Positions 11,954 through 26,260 are shown, numbered from the stretch's first letter. The stretch: 64,000 nt of DNA from Lobosporangium transversale (GCF_002105155.1 NW_019028999.1:1-64000); one strand, 5' to 3'. The notes: generated by a model from the sequence alone, not told the origin. A program made the numbers and translations.

Positions 11954-14092
11954 ATGTCTGACATGGATGTTGACCAAACCTCTTGTAAGCAGAAGGACAA
12001 TCAAGATTTGATCAATCTTTTACAATGTATGCTCTTTAGTCGTTCACAGCAATCTTAATTAACAAGCTTTCGAGTTATCGTATGTTTATAGTGGGAACAG
12101 CGATGAGTAATAGCTCAAAGGCAGTTGAGGTTGGACAGTTGGAAGCAAAAGAAGACGAGTTGGATCACTTATTTGATAACCTGGATGATGTAGAAATCAC
12201 AAAAGCTGAGAACCCATGGCAGACTAAAACCACGTCTCTTGAGCTATTCAGCGCAAAGTAAAGGACCTACCATTTAACGTTAAGATCTTTCTCGTAAGAT
12301 AAAGATATTGTTTGAACCTAACTAGATAATTCACACTATTACTCGCTCCCTAGGGATTCTGGCATCGATCATTTGGCAGGAGACAGTCTTAGGCAATTCA
12401 AGCTTTTTTACCGTCATTTTTTTCCTGCAAAACCATATTTTCAATGGCTCAACTACAGTAACTGTAGGTGATATGTATGATCTCTCTGGTCCCTCTATTT
12501 TTATACCCATTGCAGCTGCTAAGCAGTATTTTATTCTATCTGTGGTTATGCGCCTCATCAGCACCTATTCCATCGAAGAATTTTATGAATCGGGAATTCT
12601 CATTCTTCCTCATGGACGAGACTTTTATGCGCTATCAATCCTTCAAGAGCCTGGACGAGCTCAAACAGGAACTGACACGTTTGTGTCCCACAAGAATTGA
12701 TCTAGGAGCGGTTTACAATATTCGACCCAAGGACAAAAACATGGTCCGCTCTGGAGCACTGACTGCGGTCTCCAAGGAGTTGGTTTTTGATATTGATATG
12801 ACAGATTATGATGAGATTAGGACCTGTTGCTCCGGAGGCGATGTCTGCACAAAGTGTTGGGAATTTATGACTGTGGCTATGAAAATCATTGATACGGCTT
12901 TGAGAGAAGACTTTGGATTCAAGCATCTGTTGTGGGTGTACTCAGGTCGCCGTGGTGTACATTGTTGGGTTGCGGATATGAGGGCAAGGGTAATGACTAA
13001 TGATCAACGAAAGGCGATCGTGCAGTACCTAGAGGTTGTCAAAGTAAGGATGTCTCAATCATTGCGGACCAAATTGAATGCAGAGTTGGAGAACGGATGA
13101 AATGCAAGAGATGAGATGATGCAGCCTCCAAACTCATCACAATGAAACGTACCCATTTAATCTATAGGGTGGTGCACATCAAGTAAGAAAAGTCAAGTTA
13201 CCAAGCACTCTTCATCCTTCTCTAAGGTAGGCATTTAAGAAAAAATCTTTTTGCATTTAATGAATGGCTTTTGATTTTCTCGTATGAAGTTTTTTTCACT
13301 CACATAGATTGTTTATTATGTTATGTCGATGGATAGTCGATCACGTAAAACTTTGGAAAATCATTTCCGGAACCTCATGTTTTCAAGTCAAGATATTTTG
13401 ACAACTCCTAAGCAGTGGGAAAAAGTACTGGCTATTATCCCTGACCAGGCTATCCAGGACGAAATTCGAAAAGAATGGGAGAGTGCACCCACTCGCGCGC
13501 CTGCTGAAAAATGGGAGAACCTTAAGACTATTATTGACCAGAAGACAAACGTAAGAAAGTTATGAAAAAATGATAGATGGGATACCAATTAGAAGTAGTG
13601 AAGGCTATTGGCATTTATTGCTTTCATTAACTTTGTACGTTATAGGTGAAAAGTCCCTTGAGAGCTATTCATCTTGACATCATGTTTCAATACACGTATC
13701 CTCGACTGGATGATAAAGTCTCGATAGATATTCGACATTTGTTGAAGAGTCCGTTCTGTATCCACCCCAAAACAGGTATCGATGCTGCACTCTTAAGCCT
13801 AATAATCAACACACAGGTTTCACGTGGATTGCGGACGACCCAGCTGTTAACTTTTATTATTATAAATTTCTCATGCAATGTTCTAGGTCGCGTCTGTGTG
13901 CCTATTCCCATAGAAACGTGCGATAACTTTGATCCTACATCGGCGCCCACAGTACCACAACTTGTCAAGGAACTTAATGAATATGACGAAAGGCATCCCT
14001 CAAATGGGAATAGTCCCAAGCTTCAAGGTACTGAAGAGGCGATGAATATTTAATAAGATAAAAAAGAAGCCTACCGGTTTAAGAGTTCTAAG

Positions 14093-14127
<35 letters not shown>

Positions 14128-14402
14128 GATCATAGTTACGACCTATTTAGCTGATACATTGACGACCCCTTTCTTTTTGTTAGACTGGCAAAAGACATCG
14201 CTTCGTAAAGACGTAGAAGTATTCGAACAATTTGTGAAAGGGATCATGCACGATATCAGCGACAGAAAACGAGGTAAAAAAAAAAAAAAAAAAAAAAAAG
14301 GCATATGTTTAATTGAAGGCAACGAAAGTAGTCTGATTGTCCAAATTGTCATACTTTCTATACTCTATATTAGATGATGCGTCCAAATCACTTGAATTTT
14401 AA
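11954..14402 (+). CDS. PRI1: DNA primase small (catalytic) subunit, multi-exon
   Basis: Motifs NREFSF, RIDLGAVY, KELVFDIDMTDYD, WVYSGRRGVHCWV, YPRLD, HLLKSPFCIHPKTG and RVCVPI. Acidic N-terminal exons start at ATG 11954; the last exon ends ...SKSLEF* at 14402. Confidence 0.93.
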
Positions 14403-14569
14403 ACGATGTCAGCAACAACTTTAAAATCCAATAAACATTTATTATAGTGTAGTCGAATAGTTTCTTAACGTCTTTCCCATGTTATAAACTTTAGGGCTGC
14501 TTTTATCAATTGGAAGCGTTCTTATCGGAATATTCTTTGTTTTTATAGAATTTGCTACGTGGATATTTG

Positions 14570-15730
14570 AATGATATGCGATAAAGCGTTTTGGAGTCAT
14601 GGCTCAGGACTTTAAAAAGTCATGTCAGTCTCGTTGATAACGATTTTAGAATTCAATTTCATCATGTTAAGAAAAGCGCACAAGAGTAGATGAAATATGG
14701 GGGAAAATCAAGGACCAATTTTATGATCCTAATATTCACAGAATCAAAGCCTTCTTTAACTCTATGGAAAAGAACTGGCTTGCGAAAGAAAAGAGATTAA
14801 GATGGGTAGTTTTTGTGAAAGAGATAAGATAAACGGCGGCTATAAATGATTACCTCAATGAATCTAAGTTTCTGACACTCTAATTCATTTAATAGGATTA
14901 CCAGCACGTATACACAAACAACCTTCTGGAGTCTTGGTTCAAGGCTTTGAAGGTATATGCGCTGGAAGGGAAGTGCGATTTACGAGTTGATTTCCTAATC
15001 TACAAATTGCAGGGGTCTATTGACCAGGACTTCAGGGCACAATATTTCAAGGTCAGAAATGGAATACAGCCTGCGGACGCTTTCTCAGTATGATCAAGAA
15101 AGACTGACGAGAGCAATGGCAGTAAATCCCGCGGACGCAAGGGCCATGGTATGCGAAAAGTTGGTCGAAAGAGAGGTATGTATCGGAGATTGACAATTTC
15201 ATAAGGGTGATTGTATATGGATGGATTCTGATCATCCTTTCAATCCTTACAGTTCGTGGTAAAGTCGTCCGCAGATTCTGGAGTAGAATACTTCGTTGCC
15301 GCGGACGTGGAGAAGGGCCTTCTTCAGTCATGTTCATGCCCCGACTATGTCCGACATAGGATTCCTTGTAAGCACATGTATTTGGTGTCAAGAACCTACG
15401 ACGATGTCGATGTTCAATATACCGCTGCCCCTTCGCGTATTGAACATCAGGACAAGCACGTAGAGCTCGACTTTGGGCCCTCTCCCGAGAGCTTCATCTT
15501 ACCAGCTTTACTACGCCAGCTGAATGTGATGAGAGCAAAGAGAGGGAAGAAAAGAAGAGAGAGAGGGAAGAGGCCACTACCCAAGCGATCGAAGAGTATG
15601 AAGAAGAGTTTATGGGCCTGTGGAAGAAGCTGGGACGTATAGCATACAATAGGCAAAAATGAAGGTGCACATTGAAGGATATACAAGACTCAGTAGCAGA
15701 TCTAAGTAATGTAATCGATACAATGATAGT
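14570..15730 (+). mobile_element. Degenerate Mutator-like (MULE) transposase relic with SWIM zinc finger
   Basis: Fragments FFNSMEKNW...LRW, YTNNLLESWFKALK...LRVDFLIYKL (TNN-x-x-ES motif) and CSCPDYVRHRIPCKHMYLV (SWIM). Frameshifts lie near 15075 and 15545, one splice donor looks mutated (~14824), and no TIRs were seen. Boundaries are approximate. Confidence 0.7.
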
Positions 15731-16403
15731 GAGAGGTGTTCAAGAGTGAGTAAACTGTGCGAAAAGTAATAAATCAGCTGACCTCTTTGTTTTTGGGCCA
15801 AGATTGTGCTGCTCCCTGCTGACGTTGCCCCCCTCGATCCCGATCGTGAGAGCCTATCACCATTTTGTGGTACAAAAGCCTCGTGTGTGTTTTAATATAT
15901 AATTCTGCAATTTTTTAGTCTTTTGACTTTTGATTTGTTTGCCCGAAAGCTGGAAGCACGACCCGAAATATCCGAAGAGTCTATTTGTCCAAAAAGATGC
16001 TGCCTTCGATAAACAGAACCCCAAATATTAAATTCTGATGCAAAAAAAAAAAAAAAAAAAAAAAAGTCTCGAGAACTCTTTTCTTACATTCTTTTTGGAT
16101 ATGATCCTCTATGTTCTGAGAGTCATCTTTCGGCCCTTCACTTTATCAACCTTACTGAATAGATCGAGTACATCTGATAAAGAATTCTCCGGGTCACTTT
16201 AGTTTAAATAAAACTATATGTAACGTGGGATGACCAATATGCAAATGAAGAGAGCACAATGCATTGGGTTGAGGCCATTAAAACATCAACAAAACAGAAA
16301 AGTCAGAGAGGAAGTTGAAAGAAGCTGTTCAACATTGTCCTTTGCCTTTTCCTTTCGTTAGCTGTTTTGATCCATTGTAGCGTTTCTTTCATTCATTCAT
16401 TCA

Positions 16404-16451
<48 letters not shown>
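16404..16451. repeat. Perfect T24-A24 palindrome
   Basis: T run 16404-16427 is directly followed by A run 16428-16451. A second pair, T25-(13 nt)-A30, lies at 16642-16709. Confidence 0.85.
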
Positions 16452-16523
16452 GCTTGCCATATTCTTAAGAATCGCTACAATTGAAAGTTACTTGAATGTT
16501 CACAATAGATCACTTAGATCTTT

Positions 16524-16557
<34 letters not shown>

Positions 16558-16678
16558 CTTTTGACGTTCGAGATGGCTATGCTTGAGGACCAATGGTTCT
16601 TGGTTGGAAGATGATTGAGAGGCAATAGCCATTAGCACGTCTTTTTTTTTTTTTTTTTTTTTTTTTAATCCGTTGATC

Positions 16679-16711
<33 letters not shown>

Positions 16712-17740
16712 AGCAATTGGGCTTTGTCGCAAAGGCTATTTTTTAACAGTCTGGCCAAGAGAGCACAACTGTGCAATGTGTGTCTATTGACAGGAGATGG
16801 AGGATTGGGATAGGTGCTAATGTCACTGTGGTCATGCCACTTACCACTACAATAAGAGCATCCAAGATGTGAATGCTCTTGGCGACATAAAACGTTCACC
16901 TTGACATTTTCCTGTTAAATAGCTATTATGACTATTGTTCATTCCTCCAATTGAGAGAATTGATACATCCATGAGGGTTTGTCCTGTCCAACTGAAAGGG
17001 AAGTTTCAATTTTTTTTTTTTTGTTCCGATGGTGTTAAGGAAGCACAATACAGTTCAATTAATTTCTGTGAGGCCAACAGGCTGTATAGCGACAGAAAAG
17101 TATAAAAATGAATGAATGTATCACAGTTTTGACAATTTGACAACCTTGATTCCCTTGATTCTTTGATGCCATTGCAGGGAGCAATGAGAGGTTTATCATT
17201 TGATTCTTAGCCTGGACCTTTTTGTTTGTTTTATACTCCTCCAGCGCAGCGCGGACCACCACACATCCCCTACATCTCTGTACCTCTGAATGGTCTTTTG
17301 TGTTCCTATTTCCATCTTGTTCACTGCGGATGTCTTCTTTTTCAATGATCCTATCCTACCAATCCCATCAATGTTATCTCTTCTTTCATTCTTCTTCATT
17401 CTTCTTTTCTTTCCTTGCTCTTCTCTCTTCCGTTCCCTCCATATTCCTTACACTCTAGACAACCAAATATTCATTCTCTTCCAAACGCTTTGAATCACTT
17501 ATCCATTTCATCCCTCAATCCTTCTGCCATCGACTCCTTTAACTGCACCTGCAACATCGTCTTCCATTTACTTGCTCTGTTCGACTTACATTTGCACACA
17601 CTCTCTCATACTTTGGTCAATTTCAATTTCAATTTCAATTTCAATTTCCCATTCATCCCATTCATCACACCTTCACAGCAGAGCTTCCAAAGCCGCTTCC
17701 AAACTTCAACTCTCTCTTGTTTTTTTTCTGCCTGTTGACT

Positions 17741-20700
17741 ATGGCTGATTCCGCACCTCCGACTCTTGGCATTGCCCTTCCCCCAACATCAATGCTCAAG
17801 ATCAGAGATGCTTGTCTTCCTTGTCGCAAGCAACGGTCCAAATGTGATGGCCAACCCTGTTGCGCAAGATGTGCTCGCCTCGATCTTGAATGCACTTATG
17901 TTGAGCTTGTCAAGGCTCCTGCCCCGATCCCAAAGGAACCTTGGCAAGAGTTTCTCAACACCACTGGTGCAAAACCCGAAGCATTGGAGAGCGCGCCTAT
18001 TGAACTGCTCAAAGACCAATCTATAGGACCCCTACAGGATGCATCAACTTTTCCGTGGCAAAAGTCAAAAATGAGTAGACGCAGGAGGCAAACACCATCC
18101 ATCAAAAAATGTACATGTCCAACGCCCCCAACAACGGTCGATACTGCTGGTCAGGACTCGTTCGATTCACAGGCAATATCTACTTCCACACAATCTCAGG
18201 CACATGATGGTGCGCCTTCAGACCCTGCAACAGAATCACCTTCCACCACATCTTCACCCGGATCAAAGAGGAGGGGACGATCGACCACAGGTCCTTGCCG
18301 TGTACACAATCCTCAGACCTCTTCAAAACCCTCTAGATCTGTTACACAAGGTGTATCCTCATCTGCTACTTCTAGCAGTCCGGGTAGCCAGGGTGTTGTA
18401 GGAAGTTCTGCAAGTCTTCGTCATCGACCTCCTCTGTCAAATGAACCTGTACAGCTTCCTACATCTGTCATTGAGACGTCTGAGAAAATCAACAATCTGA
18501 GCTCAAAGCTCACCCGTCTCTTCGTCTTTGCAGATGCAGATCAAGCCCAGGTACCACCACCGCCTCAGCTTGAGATCCTGCAATCGCGTTCACTTTCTCC
18601 TCTCCTGCAATCTCACCTTATTCAACTCTATCTCGCAGAATGTTTGCCTACACAACCAATTCTTGATGCACCGACGTTTATGGCTCAACTCGCAGAGCAG
18701 GAATTTTGCACGCCTCCACATCCGCTCTTAATCGCGGCCATGTGTGCGGCTGCAGCAAAATGTGTTGACGATGCAGATGTGGAACGACTTTGGGCTGAAC
18801 AGGATCCACCGTTACCGAACCCCTTTAATCCGTTTTTTGCAAATGGGGAACCACATGTTCGGTCAACACGAGATATGATTTGGTCCATTGGAGATTATTT
18901 TGCAGCACTGGCAAAGGCATATCTCAGGACCGAGCTCCCCTTTGTACAATCGCCAGATCGCTCAGGAGGTATGGGGGACCCATTAACAGTAGTTCAAGGA
19001 TTGATCATGATTTCCTCTTGGGATGCTTCTGTAGGTCGTCAGCGCGAATGTAGAGCCTGTGCTGCTCTAGCTCTTCGAATTATGATTGCAGGAGGATGGC
19101 ATTTGATGGATCATCCTAATGGCGATGGGTGTACGGACAGCAGGATCAAAATGTGGGGAACCTTGGAACGCGAGCTGGCTCGCCGTTGCTGGTGGACTGT
19201 ATGGATTGCTGAGAAGTGGACGGCCGCCATTTTGACTCAATATGTGGTATGTCGAGCGGCAATCATGTTCATAATTCGATTGAATTCGATTCGACAGTGA
19301 TTGCTCTGCTGTATGTTCGTATTTGTATGTGATTCTTAATTATATGTTTGTCCTGCTAGTCAAGTTCTAAAAAAAATACAAAAACAAAAAAAAAACATCC
19401 TCGCGTTGGATTTTCAATGGTCACTAGACTCTTCACCTTTCACTTTGTGAGACGCTATCGCTTCCACGAGCATTTCGCCCAGGCGATGTGAACGACCAAA
19501 GAGGAGTGCTCTACTTTCAACAAGCAATTCAAGGAGCGTATTTGTGTGGAGCCATCATTCAGCTACATTACCATCCATTTGAGGCTGAGGATGGTACAGA
19601 ATACGATCACGAAGCCAGTGCTCAAGACGTGCAACGACTGGAAGCACGTCTATTAGAGATCGATAACCATTTGGAAGCATGGCACAATGCCATTCCTCCT
19701 GTTTTGAAACCAGATTGGGGTCAAGGTATTGGAGACGATCCGGATAACACGACTGGATATGAGCCAGTAACTGGCTCGCAATTTTTCCATGCAGGGGGAG
19801 ATTGGTGGTGGCGACATGCAATGGGCGGATTGCTCGAGATGAGCTACCTTGGGCGTAAGTATTATTTAGATGGGAATAGCACTTGTTGAGACTTTTTTTC
19901 AAGTTTGGATGTTAAGTACTAATGGATCGTTGATGTGCTATCATTAGTCAAGCTTTTACTTCATCAACCACAGCACGTAGTGTCCAAGGCACCTTCACCG
20001 CTTTCTCGATTAGCGTTAGCCCAGTATGCAAACAAAATCACATTAACATGTGAACGTATGTGGCAATACCCAACGACTCGGCCAGCGTTCTACCACATGG
20101 CGGGGATTGTCCTCTGGCTAGCGCTCTGCTATCAACAGGAAAACACTTTGAGTGACAATCCGCGCATTCGCACACCAGCCTGTGTCAACATGCAGAAAAG
20201 TTACTATCTAGTTAAAAAAGCTGGTCGACTCGTCCATTCGAACGAAGATGAGCCATTGACAGAACTTGAAACTACGAATGGACCTTCTGCTTCTCCCTCT
20301 GCATCTCCTTCTGTATGAAATTCCTGTTTCCTTCTTTTTTTTTTTTCTTTTCTTTTTATAACGAGTGCATGCATTTTAATTCTGTTTTATTTTTTACGCC
20401 TCCATAGAATGTTCCATTTATGCGTCCGACTGATGAGCAGCGCGTCAAACCAATGATGGCGGTTTTCAAAGAGATGTTTCCTATCATGCGTCAGGCTTTA
20501 CGCGACAAGGGCTTCGGTCTACGCACGCAGCCTAAAGCTACATCCAAGGTCTCGCCATTCGTTTTGATTCAGAATCCAAGTAGCCCCTCAACTATTGATA
20601 ATGCCCCTGGGGTTGACTCTCTTGGCTCCGCCTCCACTGTCTCGTCGATTTCAGTCAGTGCAGCATCAGTGATGGGTGCTACTACGGGGTCAGGACCTTC

Positions 20701-21334
20701 AAGTTTTTACTTGGCGCCTCTGACTCCTCCTGGCACGTCAACGTGTACAAACTCCCCTATGACGGAATCACTAGGATCGGTTCCGTCGCCTTCACCTCCA
20801 CCATCATCGCTTGTTTCTGATGTTGCCCCAATACCTACGCCCGACTCAGGTCAAATGTATGTAGGGGCTATAGATTCCAACTTGCAACAGGTCCAACAGC
20901 CTCATCAATATCCACAGCATGCACAAGTTGCATTATTCCCTAGCCATACGTCTCCTTCTTCGTTGGCTCAACTTCAATTCACTAATAACAACCAGGTTCG
21001 GGTCCCACAGCAGCAGCAAATGTACCCATCATTACATCAAGAACATCAAGCCTTCCATGCGCAACACCACCACCAACAGCAACAACGGTCATTGCAGAGC
21101 CAGCAATCACAACACCTCCACCCATTTCATCTGGCTCAGGGCTTGTCGCAACCATCTACGCCTGTGGCGCTTCAACAACCCTTGCAGCACGCATCAACAA
21201 CGAGCTTGACAGATCCATTGAACGCAATACTAAACATGAATTCAGATCCATTCAGCTCCATTATGCAGAACGAGCCTAATGTGCTGTCATCACTGATAGA
21301 CTACTCCGAATGGCTTAACCATTCCTTGGAATAA
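17741..21334 (+). CDS. Zn(II)2Cys6 fungal transcription factor with middle homology region, 4 exons
   Basis: Zinc cluster CLPCRKQRSKCDGQPCCARCARLDLECTY and the fungal TF-domain motif ERELARRCWWTVWIAEKW. Exons 17741-19246, 19428-19854, 19948-20312, 20408-21334 splice in frame. The tail is Q/H-rich. Confidence 0.92.
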
Positions 21335-21462
21335 AATAAAATAAATTTATTGCCATTTAGTCAAGTCACATGTTTTTTTTTTTACCCCAAACACGTCGTC
21401 TATGCAAACTTCACTACGCAAACACTTCCACCACTCACAGCAGCGCTAGCACTTTTGTAGGC

Positions 21463-24400
21463 ATGACTCGGGATGATGACTATGACAGAGAGATGGATTC
21501 TAAAGGAGGAAGGCGAAGAGGTTCTTCAGCTTCCTCCGGTCAATCTACTCTCAATCATTTGCACACTATGAGTTATAACAACAACAATAGCAGCAATAAC
21601 AGCAATAGTCATTATCATGCTGGCTATGATGCTAGCTTTTCTAATGCACGCTACAACAACAACCAGAATAATATTAACAATAACACTAACACTAACAATA
21701 ACAATAACAATAACAATAACAATAACAATAACAATCATCATGACCGAATTCAGTACCATAGCAATAATGGCTATAATAATAATAGCAACTACATGTTCAA
21801 TAATAATAATATCAACAACAACAGCGGCGGCAGCGGCAACAACATCAGCAACACTAATGACAATAGCGACAACAACAATTATAGACAACATGAGAATCCA
21901 TTTCGGGACACTCATCCTTCTTACACGAAACATTCAGCCTACGACGACCAGAATAACAATAGTAATAAGCGAGTAAGTAAAGCAGTAACCATATTTATAA
22001 ATCCTTATTTTTTCTTATTTTTCTAGTACATATAATGGATATGAGTAATTGGACATACCTCGCTTGATTCATATAGAAAATTGAATTCATTGTCGATCCT
22101 CTTTTTGAAATCCCTATGAAGGAAAGCAGATACATATGGCTAATGATATCTTGAATGATAACAACAATAACAATAATTCTAATAATAGTTACGAACTGCA
22201 CTCCCACCGCAAGATGAGGTGCTTCGTGGAAATGGAAACGGAGCCTTCTCAAGGAAAGGATTTCAACACAGCCGACAACCGCACAGTCAACACCATAACC
22301 AGCAACATCACCAGCATCAAAATCATTCAAAGCATCAAATTGGATATGGAACCAATAATAGCAACTCTGGTGGTGGCAAAAAATTTCGAAACAACTTTAA
22401 TAATGCCAATAACAACCAACATAGTCGCAATTTCATAACCAAAGTAGAGCGGGCTTCAGCTGGATATAGTCAGACTAATAATAACAGCCAAGATGCCAAC
22501 CGTAATCGCAATGCCAATAACATTAACAATAACAAAAATAGAAATAATAGTGGCAACAACGACAACAATTACCGCCATGACCGTCATCACCCCTCGCGTC
22601 AGAATCGAGGAAACAGCGTAGGACAATTTTCTCCCGGCCCTTCCCATCGTGAGCGTGGCCATGAACACGGGCGTGATCGTTCGAGGAGTTTCAAGTCTCC
22701 AACGCCTGATATCCAGTCACGATCATCTAGAGAGCGCTCTTCCACTCCACAGTTTTCACCTGGCCGCCGTGATAGTTCGAGTCATAACCAGAGCCATGCC
22801 CAGAACCAGAATCACCTTGTTTATGCTCCTGGCTTTGGCTACGGTTTTGATGAGGATTATGGATATGATCAAGATTCGTCCAGTAGCGGTAATATCCACA
22901 ATCAAGGTACAACATTGTTTGACGAGGATCGAAAGCGGAGGAGGAGTTCAGGCTCAAGGAGTGCTTCGCCAGGGTCATCTGCTCTACTTCGCTCTTCTAC
23001 AATATCAGTAGATATGGACGATACAAAGGCTCAAGCGCTACAACAGGTAAAAAAGAGAAGTAGAACAAAGTTTTTTTTATCAAATGATTGGTCTATTGCT
23101 AATCAATAATAATATTATTATTGAACCATGGCAAACTATGCTCAATCAGAATAAGTCTTCCGATGCTATGCAAATGTCTATAAGCTCGTATCCAACAGTG
23201 GCACCGACGACAGCGACAGCGACAACATTAGCAACTTCTTTACCAGGAAACATTGATTTGACACCAGGATCAGCATTATCAACACTATTGAGTTCGCCGA
23301 CATGGGCATCTACAATACCAACGCTCCTGCAGCAACTCCAGCAATTACACAATCAACAGCAACAAAAACAAGTAGCGCAACCGATGTCTATCACAGCACA
23401 GCAAACTACTTCTACATTACTCGCAACGCAAGGCCAAGGCCTTACTTCAACTCACTCGTCTTTCGCTGAAGGAGCCCCCAGAACCGGGTCAGAAGCAGCA
23501 TCTGAGTCTACTCAGACATTATCTTCTTCATCACAATTGTTGTCACCATCAATATCAACAACACCACAGCAGTCTCCGCCACCTGATAAATATCAGTATA
23601 CAATAGCATCTGCGTTGATTCCTTTAGCTACCAACACTACTACGGCCACGGTTGTGCTTGAAGATCAGTCTACGGCTAGTCAGCCTGGGACAATAGAGGA
23701 GGGAAGCCAAGGCGAACAACTCGGTGAAAGCAAAGCAGTCCCGATGCTGGTATTGGCAGCAAGCAGCAATAGAGTGGAAGCAATACACAATGCCTGCTTG
23801 ACGGAACGTTCGTCCTCAGGCCCATCATCGGATTTCGCTGGGGATACGGTGATAATCAAGACAGAGGAAGGCAGCAGTCATAACCAAAAACTTGAGCGTT
23901 TAGAGCATCAAGTGAGCTCAAGTAGTGAGTTTCATGAAAAAAGTGCTAATATTAATACGGCCACGCTATTGAAGAGGATCGAGGGTCTGAACAAACATCT
24001 AGATGGGAATGCAGACGCAAATCTGGCTGTGAGCATGCCTGTCAAAATGGAGTCAATTATGAAGCCTTCTGAGACTATTGTGTATGCTGTTCCTTCCATC
24101 TCATCTTCAAGCCATCCCTATAAGCTGGACCAGGAGCATTTAGCGCCATCAACATCGACGGCAGCGGTGGCAAATACAGCGCCAAGTTCCTTATCATCAT
24201 CATCTTTGTTGCCACCTGTGTGTACAACTGTATCCACATCTGAGCTCACCAGTTCAACTTTATCAGATCCGGCGACTACCATGCTTTTGGACACTATCCA
24301 ACCAATTATATCACAGCCAGCAACCACTGATGTCCTAGAAGCGCAGCAATCACTGGAATCAAGAAGCAATACTGCATTAAGCGATAACACTATAATCAAA

Positions 24401-26260
24401 CCTATCAAACCTAATAATATCGAGCTATCCCGAGAGTCTGTGGAGGGATCTTTAAACGATGCAGTGTCCGGAGCTGTAACAGGATCTACAAGTAGACTTA
24501 CACTTAATCAGGATGTATTAGTAGGCGACATGGATGCAAATGTCATTGTTTCTAGGGATGTCTCTGCTGAAACCAAGTTTGGAACGAACAACACCCACGT
24601 GTCTGTGGACGCTTCGGATACGGAATTTCCCTCTGACGTCCCCTCCAAGGATCTGGCCGTAGGTCAGGTTGAACTGAACAATGTTGCGAGCCAACGAACG
24701 ATTGGAATCCCATCAGAATCAACGAAAGGTCATACGGTGGAAGATTCAGGAGGTCCTAATAATGCATTAGCAATAACCCCTAAAACAAGGGATGGTTTGG
24801 AATGGGGCTTAACCATGAACGAACAGCAATCCCAGCAGACTGTTGGTGATCTCACTGAGGGGCCATTGGAACATAGTTTATCTGATACAGATCCATCAGA
24901 GGCAAACGGAATGTTGTCGCTAGATTCTTCTCAAACAATTGTTGAGGAGCAATCAATGTTAGAACAAGGTGTGGAAATGAGCATGAACAAACCTATTAGA
25001 TCTAGCGTCACCAGCGCCACCTCTCCTCAGGAGACAGATACAGCAATCATAACTTTCAAGAAACATCAGTCAATTTCACCAGGGGCTGGTGTTGTAACAA
25101 GAACTGTCACTGACATCATCACTGATGCCGCAGATGAAAATGTCATGGAGGATTTGATCACTGTAACGGAACCTAAATTTGATACATTTGACTCGCTGCA
25201 AGGCTCTGAAACTGAGCAGTCAGTCTCAGCGAGCAAAAATGGCATCCACCTAGTAGATAAAAGAGAGGGTGCAGAAAAGACAGTCGTATCGGAGCCTGAA
25301 ATGCGGTCTAATGACTGTGTTCGATCATATATCCATGACATTACAGAAAGCTTGAGTGACATGGATGTAGATGGTCCACAAACAGTTCCGAATGTCAGAT
25401 CATCATCTTCTCCCGCTCCGGCCGGGACAATTGCCAAAAACGATGGCTGGGAAACTCATAGTCAGAGTAATGCTATTGACAAGATGAAGCAAAGGCGACG
25501 TTCTTCGACCTCTCCATGGTCTCAGATAGATATTACAGACCATGATAATGAACAGCGGCAGCAAAGATGTCCTCTCATGAGCTGGCACTACGTTCCCGGA
25601 TCAGATATGGCTTTTTTGTCGGCCATGGCCGCAACGGATGCAGATCTGGAGCGCTTCAGACGCGAATCTAGATGGCTAGAAGAGCGCATCCGCCGGCCGA
25701 GGTGGGATAAGGACTCGGAACGTGTGTTGGACAAGTCGTTAGGGCTGACTAGGGATGTTCCACACCCATACTCACATCCACTCAAGGAACACCAAGAACA
25801 AGGTAGCGACCATCAAGACAGCAGCTACAATAATATTAATAGAGCCGGCACAGATGATGCCTCAGCAGCAAAAATGGCAGTAACTTCAGGGACCACATCT
25901 GCAGTTCGATTGAGCTCCAATTCACGGGTTGCGTTCTCTATGCTCAAGACCAATCTATTGTCAGATCTGGAAGAGCAATCGCGTCTGGAGGCGGATCAGC
26001 AGACGCTCCTCAAGGTACTAGACCGTGCTCGGGCTCAAATGGAGGATAAGAAGAAGCAGGCACAACAAATCGAGGAAAAGCTTCGGGGATTGTTGATGCG
26101 GCAAGCAGGTTTAGATCAAGAGTTGTTACGAGTTCGTAAGATGGAGAAGGATTGCTATGAAATTAGAGATCAACAGCGTATTCAGGCTGAGAAAGAGATT
26201 CAACAGCTTGAGGAGACATTGAGTTCTCTGCAGCAGCAACAACAACAGTCACAACAATAG
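21463..26260 (+). CDS. Large intrinsically disordered protein (~1492 aa): Asn-rich N-terminus, RS/H-rich segment, S/T/E-rich middle, C-terminal coiled coil; 3 exons
   Basis: Exons 21463-21972, 22189-23046 and 23150-26260 join in phase 0 via GT-AG. The C-terminus (LEADQQTLLKVLDRARAQMEDKKK...) is heptad-rich. Confidence 0.75.
21690..21735 (+). repeat. (AACAAT)n microsatellite encoding poly-Asn
   Basis: Direct tandem hexamer run inside exon 1. Confidence 0.85.

Noticed and set aside
21526..21976. Ile/Val- and Ile/Thr-repeat ORFs
   Set aside because: They are alternate-frame or antisense readings of the AAC/AAT repeat.
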